Source: Candidatus Altiarchaeota archaeon (lineage in GTDB: Archaea; Altiarchaeota; Altiarchaeia; IMC4; QMZM01). From it: DNA of 64,000 nt. Positions within the stretch are counted from its first letter, which is position 1, and each line of letters starts with the position of its first letter. The stretch spans positions 32,001-96,000 of the forward strand of contig JAFGDV010000002.1 of NCBI GenBank assembly GCA_016931955.1, in the 5' to 3' direction. Shown here in pieces: positions 56,908 through 64,000 of the stretch. Position numbers and translations under genes: made by a program. Below the pieces are notes generated by a model. The model made no database searches. It saw nothing but the letters and a program-made list of their open reading frames with translations, and was not told where the DNA came from.

Positions 56908-58569
56908 ATGTTCTTTAGATTGTTCGAATGGTTGGTGAAGAGGACTCCTTATACCCTAGCATTTATTACTCTTGGTTTTTCTTGGACTGCATTGGTTGCG
57001 AGTTTTGGCGCTTTATTGATTATCATTGGGGCTGATTTTGAAGCCACTGGGACAAGGGATATTTTTCTCTTGCTTTTGGCGGAAACGGTAGGAATTGCTT
57101 CCTTCCTCACCTTCTGGGAATACGGTATCTTCCGGCTTGTTGGGATAAAATGGGAGAGAAGAGAATTCACGGTTCTTAACGAGAATATCATCCAAGGTCA
57201 TTTTCGGCAGGATGTTTCCAATGAAGCGCTTTTAGAGGCCTATGATTCTCTTAAACAAATAACAAGATGGACAGTACTCAAAAATATTCAATACGGTCAG
57301 ATAGTAGCTTCTTTTACTGCCTTGGGGGAATGGTTGTTTAGTGGTCAATTAACAAATGTCCCAATCATATTTGTTGGGCTTAACATTGCTACTATTTCAC
57401 TTTATATATATGGGGCTGTCTTCTATGACTCAATGACCTCCCCAGCTAGGAGGGAGTGTAAGAGGCTTTTAGCTCAGAGGGGCATTCAATTTGATGAGTC
57501 TTCTTTCCTGAGCCTAAGGACTAAATCAAGGTTCTTCCTTACCTTGATAGGCTTCGCTCTTTTAGCAATGTTGATCATCATCAAGCCATTTAACCCGCTT
57601 AGTGTAGTGCTCGCCGTTACTACCTTAGTTATAATCGGCTTACTGAACGACTTGGTATTTAGGTCTATCTACATGGAATTCACTGAAGTCGAAGAATCGG
57701 CCAAGAATCTAGCGGAAGGCAGGGAAGCATTATTTTTCTCAGGCAGCTCAGACAAAGAAATACTTGACCTGTCAGAGAGCCTGAATGAAACCGCTCAAGA
57801 GATCAGGGAATATGAAAAAGCCCTTGAGGAGGAGAAGGCCTCCCTAGAGATCAAGGTAAAGGATAGAACCAAGGAGTTGGAGGAGCTAACCAAGAGCCTT
57901 GAGGAGAAGGTAGAGAAAAGAACCCATGAGCTCCAAGACAGAATTGAAGAGCTTGAAGAGTATACTTCTGTTACTTCCCACGACCTGCAACAACCCCTAG
58001 CGACAATTCAGGCATATACGCAGCTTAGTGTGCAGAATGCTAAGGTGATTGAGTCTCAGGCGAACTTCATGAGGAATTTACTTGAGGACTTGTTAAGCTA
58101 TTCACGGATAAAGGAGAAGGCGCCCTCCGAAGAAGTAAAACTCCTGGAAGTCTTAGATGAAGCAAAAGAGCACCTGTCAGCGCAGATACAAGAGAAAGAA
58201 GCGGAAATAACACTCAAAGACATTCCAGACACCATCACTGGACAGCCTAAGAGGATAGAGCAACTATTCTTGAACCTGATCGGGAACGCAATAAAATACA
58301 CTGATGATAAGCCGGTGATTGAAGTAGGATGCACAGAACAAGAACAAGAATACCTATTCTGGATCAGAGACAATGGTAGAGGAATCGAACAAAAATACTT
58401 CGAGAAAATATTCAAACCCTTCTGGAAGCTCGGCAAAGAACCCGGAACCGGAATGGGGTTGGCGATCTGCAAAGCAGTAGTGGAAAACCACGGAGGAAAA
58501 ATCTGGATAGAATCCACCCCAGGAAAAGGCTCAACATTCAAGTTCACAATACCCAAGAAGAAAACATAG
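56908..58569 (+). CDS. membrane sensor histidine kinase HK2
   Basis: Paralog with long S-helix linker; H, N, G boxes. Confidence 0.93.
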   Translation: MFFRLFEWLVKRTPYTLAFITLGFSWTALVASFGALLIIIGADFEATGTRDIFLLLLAETVGIASFLTFWEYGIFRLVGIKWERREFTVLNENIIQGHFRQDVSNEALLEAYDSLKQITRWTVLKNIQYGQIVASFTALGEWLFSGQLTNVPIIFVGLNIATISLYIYGAVFYDSMTSPARRECKRLLAQRGIQFDESSFLSLRTKSRFFLTLIGFALLAMLIIIKPFNPLSVVLAVTTLVIIGLLNDLVFRSIYMEFTEVEESAKNLAEGREALFFSGSSDKEILDLSESLNETAQEIREYEKALEEEKASLEIKVKDRTKELEELTKSLEEKVEKRTHELQDRIEELEEYTSVTSHDLQQPLATIQAYTQLSVQNAKVIESQANFMRNLLEDLLSYSRIKEKAPSEEVKLLEVLDEAKEHLSAQIQEKEAEITLKDIPDTITGQPKRIEQLFLNLIGNAIKYTDDKPVIEVGCTEQEQEYLFWIRDNGRGIEQKYFEKIFKPFWKLGKEPGTGMGLAICKAVVENHGGKIWIESTPGKGSTFKFTIPKKKT

Positions 58570-58579
58570 AAGATAAAAA

Positions 58580-60244
58580 ATGTTTTATGGGATATTTAAT
58601 TGGTTTGTGAAGAGGCTTCCGTATAGTCTAGCAGTGATGATCTTCAGTTTTATTTTGAGTGCTTTGATGATCGTCTTCGTTGCCTGGTTTATTCTGATCG
58701 GGACTGATATTGAGTCTGAAGGAACCGCTGGTGTTGTGATATCCGCTCTTTTCTTGGCAGGGTTTGTCTCCTTCATATTATGTATCATAGAATACGGTTA
58801 CGGCATCTCTTTTGGACTGGAGGGGAAAAGAAAGGGTTTCAAGGTCCTCAACGACAACATCATAGAGGGGCGCATTAGACAGGATATATCTGACCAGGCA
58901 CTCTTAGAGGTCTACGACGCCCTTAAAAAAATAAACAGGTGGATATTGAGCAGACATATGTTATATGCTAACTCCATAGCAACCGCTGGTGCTTTAGCAG
59001 AACTGCTGACAAGTGGGAATTTAATGAATGCAGTTATCATTTGGGCTATTGGATTAATCTGGGGCAATATAGCAGTCATAACAGGAATCGCCTATGACCT
59101 ATTCACTCTCCCAGCTAGGCGTGAATGCAAGCTGCTCTTGAATTCGAGAGGCATCCCCTTCAAGGACGACGCCTATTTCCTTGGTCTTAGGATTAAATCC
59201 GACCTATTCATCATCTTAACTGCCTTTGGTTTGGGTGTGATTTTATTGATTTTCCGCCCAATCACCTGGGAGCTTGTAGTATCTGCCGCCATCATCCTCC
59301 TCACCGTTGTCTTATTAACTAAGCTAGTATTCGAGACCATCTATGCCGCGTTATTGGAGATTAAAGACTTAGCCAGTGATCTGGAGCATGGAAGGAAGGT
59401 TTCTTTCTTCACCGGCAGCTTGGACCGGGAAATCGTGGACCTGTCTAAGAGCCTGAATGTCGCAGCTGATGAGATCTACTTTACTAAGAAGGCCCTTGAG
59501 GAAGAGAAGACTTCCCTGGAGCTTAAGGTTGAAGATAGGACTAAGGAGTTGAAGGGACTTAATGAGAGCCTGGAGGAGAAGGTAAAAGAGAGAACTAAAG
59601 AGCTTGAGGGGAAGATAGGTGAGTTGGAGGAGTATACCTCCGTCACCTCCCATGACCTCCAGCAGCCACTTGCTGCGATTCAAGCCTACACACAGCTCAC
59701 TCAAAAAAATGCTAAGATGATAGAATCCCAGGCGAACTTCATGAGAGAGTTGCTTGAGGACTTGTTAAGTTATTCACGAATAAAGGAGAAGGCACCCTCT
59801 GAGGAAGTGAAACTCCAAGATATATTGAAAGAGGTAAAAGAACACCTGAAAGTGCAGATACAAGAAAAAAACGCAGAGATAACACTCAAAGACATACCTG
59901 AAACAATAACAGGACAACCTAAGAGGATAGAGCAACTATTCCTAAACCTGATCAGCAACGCATTGAAATACACCGACGGAAAAACAACAATTGAGGTCGG
60001 CTGCGAGGGGGGAGAGAGGGAATATGAATTCTGGGTGAAGGACAATGGTATAGGAATCGAACAAAAATACTTCGAGAAAATATTCAAACCCTTCTGGAAG
60101 CTCGGCAAAGAACCCGGAACCGGAATGGGCCTCGCCATATGCAAAGCAGTAGTGGAAAACCACGGAGGAAAAATCTGGATAGAATCCACCCCAGGAAAAG
60201 GCTCAACATTCAAATTCACAATACCCAAGAAAAATGTTCCTTAG
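58580..60244 (+). CDS. membrane sensor histidine kinase HK3
   Basis: Paralog with long S-helix linker; H, N, G boxes. Confidence 0.93.
   Translation: MFYGIFNWFVKRLPYSLAVMIFSFILSALMIVFVAWFILIGTDIESEGTAGVVISALFLAGFVSFILCIIEYGYGISFGLEGKRKGFKVLNDNIIEGRIRQDISDQALLEVYDALKKINRWILSRHMLYANSIATAGALAELLTSGNLMNAVIIWAIGLIWGNIAVITGIAYDLFTLPARRECKLLLNSRGIPFKDDAYFLGLRIKSDLFIILTAFGLGVILLIFRPITWELVVSAAIILLTVVLLTKLVFETIYAALLEIKDLASDLEHGRKVSFFTGSLDREIVDLSKSLNVAADEIYFTKKALEEEKTSLELKVEDRTKELKGLNESLEEKVKERTKELEGKIGELEEYTSVTSHDLQQPLAAIQAYTQLTQKNAKMIESQANFMRELLEDLLSYSRIKEKAPSEEVKLQDILKEVKEHLKVQIQEKNAEITLKDIPETITGQPKRIEQLFLNLISNALKYTDGKTTIEVGCEGGEREYEFWVKDNGIGIEQKYFEKIFKPFWKLGKEPGTGMGLAICKAVVENHGGKIWIESTPGKGSTFKFTIPKKNVP
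59839..59922 (+). repeat. 84-bp exact repeat shared by HK3 and HK5 (copy at 63039-63122)
   Basis: agaacacctgaaagtgcagatacaagaaaaaaacgcagagataacactcaaagacatacctgaaacaataacaggacaacctaa in both genes. Confidence 0.8.
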
Positions 60245-61865
60245 ACTATTCAACTGGCTGGTTAAGAAAAAGGATGTGCCTTATACCTTTGCAGTGATTT
60301 TCCCAGGCAGTTCTTTCGCTATCTTGGGTGCTGTTTTAGGCGGCATCATCCTACTCCGCCGAGCCGATTTCGAGTCTACTGGAACTGGGATGATATTCGT
60401 CCTCAGTCTTACCCTTCTGATGACTTTCGTCGTTTCGCGTACGCTTATAAGGGCTGGAGCTCTTAGGGTTTTTGGAACCATTTTAGGGGAGAGGAGAGAG
60501 TTTAGTATCCTTAACGACAACATAATCAGCGGCGTTATTCGTTCTGATGTATCTACCTCAACACTCTTGCAAGTATATGGCTCACTCACTCAATTGAATA
60601 ATCATATGATGAGGATGCATCTAAGTGACATATGTGTCGTAGTCCCAAATGTTGCGGCAATAGAGTTCATTGCTAGCTGGTTTATCACTGGTAGCTTCCA
60701 GCTTACAAATACCTTAATGATACTTTTGGTCGGAGCCATAATAGCTGCCTTAGATATCATCTGCGATCTGCCGTTGTGGGAGCTGTCGATTTATCCGACC
60801 CGGAAGGGATGTAAGACCCTCTTAGCTGAGAGGGGCGTTCATTTCGAAGAAACCCACTTCATGAGCTTGAGGGCTAAGTCAAGATTCTTCATCATATTGA
60901 TGGCTATTATATTGTTGGCTATGTGGACACTCGCTGAATCCCCAAACCTTGACCTCATAGTTTTTTCTATTATCATCTTATCCCTTACTGTCTTATTAAG
61001 CGATATGGTGTTCCAATCATTTTATAAAGCATTCGCTGAGGTTGAGGAATCCGCAAGAGACCTGGCGAAAGGCAACAAGGTCCTGTTTTTCTCAGGCAGC
61101 TCAGACAGGGAAATATTAGATTTGTCAAAGAGCCTGAACATCTCCGCCGACGAAATCTATTCCACCAGAAAAGAACTTGAACAAGAGAAGCTTTCCCTTC
61201 AAGAGAAGATAGATGAACTTGAAGAATATACATCAGTTACGTCACATGATCTGCAGCAGCCGTTGGCGACGATCCAAGCCTACACGCAGCTACTTAAGGC
61301 TGCGGAAAAGGATGAAGTAAAAAAGAAAAACGTGGACGTAGTAGAGTCGCAGGCAAATTTCATGCGAAGCCTCCTTGAGGATCTGCTGAATTATTCGAGG
61401 ATGAAGAAGGAGATGCCTTACGAGGAAGTGGATGTCAAAAAAATATTGGAGGGAGTTAGAGAACACCTCAACCCCGAAATAGAGAAAAAAGAAGCGGAGA
61501 TAACATTCAGAGATTTGCCCGATAAAATCATCGCACAACGAAAGGCGATAACACAACTATTCCACAACCTCGTAGACAACGCATTAAAGTACTCAGATGA
61601 GAAACCAGTGGTGGAGATAGGCTGCGAAGAACGTGAGCAAGAATATGAATTCTACGTCCGGGACAATGGAATAGGAATAGAAGAACACTTCCACGAGAAG
61701 ATTTTTAAACCATTCTGGAAGTTGGGTAAAGAACCCGGCACAGGAATGGGGTTGGCGATCTGTAAAGCCGTGGTAGAAAACCACGGAGGCAGGATATGGG
61801 TAGAATCAGAACCCTGGAGGGGGTCAACATTCAAATTCACAATACCAAAGAAAAATGTTCTTTAA
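60234..61865 (+). CDS. membrane sensor histidine kinase HK4
   Basis: Paralog; H, N, G boxes; overlaps HK3 stop. Confidence 0.93.
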   Translation: MFLRLFNWLVKKKDVPYTFAVIFPGSSFAILGAVLGGIILLRRADFESTGTGMIFVLSLTLLMTFVVSRTLIRAGALRVFGTILGERREFSILNDNIISGVIRSDVSTSTLLQVYGSLTQLNNHMMRMHLSDICVVVPNVAAIEFIASWFITGSFQLTNTLMILLVGAIIAALDIICDLPLWELSIYPTRKGCKTLLAERGVHFEETHFMSLRAKSRFFIILMAIILLAMWTLAESPNLDLIVFSIIILSLTVLLSDMVFQSFYKAFAEVEESARDLAKGNKVLFFSGSSDREILDLSKSLNISADEIYSTRKELEQEKLSLQEKIDELEEYTSVTSHDLQQPLATIQAYTQLLKAAEKDEVKKKNVDVVESQANFMRSLLEDLLNYSRMKKEMPYEEVDVKKILEGVREHLNPEIEKKEAEITFRDLPDKIIAQRKAITQLFHNLVDNALKYSDEKPVVEIGCEEREQEYEFYVRDNGIGIEEHFHEKIFKPFWKLGKEPGTGMGLAICKAVVENHGGRIWVESEPWRGSTFKFTIPKKNVL

Positions 61866-63438
61866 GTTATTCAACTGGCTGGTGAAGAGGGTTCCATATG
61901 TATTAGCTGTTTTACTCCCCGTCGACATATGGAGTGTATTAATGGGAGTTCCAGGCTTTGTCCTTATCTGGGTTCTCGAAATCGATTTAATGGGGAATAC
62001 CACAACAGGAGGCCAGTTCATCTTTGTCTGGTTTTTCTTTCTTTTCCTTGCCTTCGTGGGGGCTGCTTTGGAGATGGGTATTCTGAGGCTCTTTGGAATA
62101 AAATTTGAGAGAAAACACATAAGGCCTCTTAACGAGAACATCATTGATAATCATATTCGGCCGAATATTTCAACACCTGAACTTCAACAAGTTTACTTCG
62201 CCCTCAATAAGTTCGATAGGTGGGTGATAAAAACGCATATTAGATATGTTTCTGCTGTCGTATTTTGTGACGCTTTTGTGATGGGTTTAATTACCGGCGA
62301 CTGGGATCTTGCCCTCTTCATCTTCGAGGTCGCATTCCTCAGTGGTCCTTTGGCTTTGATATGTGGTATCCCTCTTTGGGAGTTGTTTGTGGCTCCCGTA
62401 CGTAAGGAATGTAAGATGCTTCTACGTCAGAGAGGTGTGGATTTTGAGGAAAAGCCGTTCATGAGCTTGAGGATTAAGTCGAAGTTTTTCACTATCTTGG
62501 TTGGTTTTTCTCTTTTGGCGTTCTTAATTCTCCTCCGTTCCTGGGATCCTTTTTTTATAGTATTTACGATTATCATCTTACTTATCCTTGCTTTTCTAAG
62601 CGACTTGATATTTAAATCAATCTACTCCGCCTTCTTAGAAATCGAGGAATCTGCCAAGAATCTGGCTGAAGGAAAGAGCGTATCATTCTTTTCAGGCAGC
62701 TTTGATAAGGAGATACTTGACTTATCACAAAGCCTAGACGAAACCGCTGGAGAGATAAGAGACTACCAGAAATCCCTTGAAGAAAAGATAAAGGAGTTGG
62801 AGGAGTACATGTCTGTTGCTTCACACGACCTGCAACAGCCCCTTGCTGCGATCCAGGCCTACACTCAACTTCTTAAATCGGTCGAAATGAACGAAACAGG
62901 TAAAAGGAATGTGGGAGTGATTGAGTCTCAGGCAGACTTCATGCGCGATCTACTGAACGATCTGCTGGAGTATTCTAGGGCGAAGAAGACCATGGAATAC
63001 GAGAAAGTGAAGCTCAGAGAGGTCTTGGAAGAAGTCAGAGAACACCTGAAAGTGCAGATACAAGAAAAAAACGCAGAGATAACACTCAAAGACATACCTG
63101 AAACAATAACAGGACAACCTAAAAGAATCAGTCAATTATTCCTGAACCTCATAAGCAACGCAATAAAATACACCGAAGGAAAGCCAGTGGTTGAGGCAGG
63201 CTGCGTGGAGAGAGAGGAGGAATATGAATTCTGGGTGAAGGACAATGGTATAGGAATCGAAGAGAAATACTTCAACAAAATATTCAAACCCTTCTGGAAA
63301 CTGGGAAAAGAACCCGGAACCGGAATGGGGTTGGCGATCTGCAAAGCCGTGGTCGAAAACCACGGAGGCAGAATCTGGATAGAATCAGAACCAGGAAAAG
63401 GCTCAACATTCAAATTCACAATAGAGAAGAGGAGTTAA
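61855..63438 (+). CDS. membrane sensor histidine kinase HK5
   Basis: Paralog; H, N, G boxes; overlaps HK4 stop. Confidence 0.93.
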   Translation: MFFKLFNWLVKRVPYVLAVLLPVDIWSVLMGVPGFVLIWVLEIDLMGNTTTGGQFIFVWFFFLFLAFVGAALEMGILRLFGIKFERKHIRPLNENIIDNHIRPNISTPELQQVYFALNKFDRWVIKTHIRYVSAVVFCDAFVMGLITGDWDLALFIFEVAFLSGPLALICGIPLWELFVAPVRKECKMLLRQRGVDFEEKPFMSLRIKSKFFTILVGFSLLAFLILLRSWDPFFIVFTIIILLILAFLSDLIFKSIYSAFLEIEESAKNLAEGKSVSFFSGSFDKEILDLSQSLDETAGEIRDYQKSLEEKIKELEEYMSVASHDLQQPLAAIQAYTQLLKSVEMNETGKRNVGVIESQADFMRDLLNDLLEYSRAKKTMEYEKVKLREVLEEVREHLKVQIQEKNAEITLKDIPETITGQPKRISQLFLNLISNAIKYTEGKPVVEAGCVEREEEYEFWVKDNGIGIEEKYFNKIFKPFWKLGKEPGTGMGLAICKAVVENHGGRIWIESEPGKGSTFKFTIEKRS

Positions 63439-63481
63439 GCTATTTATAGGATAAACCCCAATAAAATATATTCTACTCAGA

Positions 63482-63862
63482 ATGGAATCGAAGGTCCTCA
63501 TAATAACATTGGTAGTCGACGACTATGCTCCGCTGAGGGAAGCTGCTGTCGAGATCTTGAGGTCGAAGGGTTTCAGAAACATCTTTGAGGCGGAAACCCC
63601 TGAGGAAGGTATGGATTTGGTCAGAGAACATAAACCCGACCTCGTCATCTTGGACATAATCATGCCTAGTATAAGGGGGATAGATCTGATAGACGACGTC
63701 AAAAAGATTAGTCCAGAAACCAAGGTGGTGATGTTGAGCGTTTTAAGCGGAGAAGCCACCATACAGGAGTCAATGACTAAGGGAGCTGACCTCTATCTGG
63801 TGAAACCCTTGACTCCAACAAAAGTCGACGAGATCAAGAAAGTGCTTAGGGTACAAACATAA
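63482..63862 (+). CDS. single-domain response regulator (paralog of 56535-56900)
   Basis: VVDDYAPLRE, ILDIIMP, MLS, KP. Confidence 0.92.
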   Translation: MESKVLIITLVVDDYAPLREAAVEILRSKGFRNIFEAETPEEGMDLVREHKPDLVILDIIMPSIRGIDLIDDVKKISPETKVVMLSVLSGEATIQESMTKGADLYLVKPLTPTKVDEIKKVLRVQT

Positions 63863-63875
63863 CATTTCCCCTGCA

Positions 63876-64000
63876 TCATTTTTTATCGCATACGTAGATG
63901 TTCACGCCCTCAATTGAGTTTTTACTGTATTTGCCGAGTTTTTTTAGCTCAGACTCCAGCCACCTGAAGTCGACCATCTCATACCCAGAGGGATGTGTTT
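63876..64000 (-). CDS. 3' end of a gene entering from the right edge
   Basis: Open frame ...YEMVDFRWLESELKKLGKYSKNSIEGVNIYVCDKK* ending at 63876. Confidence 0.35.
   Translation of the reverse strand, partial: THPSGYEMVDFRWLESELKKLGKYSKNSIEGVNIYVCDKK

Noticed and set aside
54947-63438. Diversity-generating retroelement or CRISPR as the source of the kinase repeats
   Set aside because: No reverse transcriptase or cas genes; repeats lie in conserved coding domains with no adenine-specific variation or spacer structure
1-64000. tRNA or rRNA genes
   Set aside because: Intergenic gaps are short and none shows T-loop or cloverleaf signatures by eye

Overview
Gene-dense archaeal chromosomal window (evidence: Nop5, TIGR00300/TIGR02253-type genes, Mvh/Hdr, TATA-like promoters). 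No rRNA, tRNA, CRISPR array or transposase was seen. The left ~19 kb is mostly housekeeping: end of an mvhA-hdrC-hdrB-flavoprotein operon, larA, thrC, apgM, two Ig-like surface proteins, nop5. The central ~34 kb interleaves a chemosensory system with hydrogenase genes. The chemosensory part has 1 MCP, CheW, CheA, CheB, CheR, 4 CheY, 2 CheD and 7 CheC, with no cheF or archaellum genes in the window. The hydrogenase part has hypABCDE plus protease and a coupled parA-mvhD-mvhG-mvhA* operon whose large subunit has lost 3 of 4 Ni-Fe cysteines and the catalytic Glu and Arg. It also has a module of V4R proteins, two output-less Cache receptors, a Cys-less TusA-like protein, a ferredoxin and an intact group-3 [NiFe] hydrogenase. 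The right end holds five tandem membrane histidine kinases with variable sensors and linkers, plus two receiver proteins. Best candidate for an undescribed system: an H2/redox-sensing chemosensory pathway built partly from pseudo-enzymes. All calls come from manual motif reading; no database searches were run.
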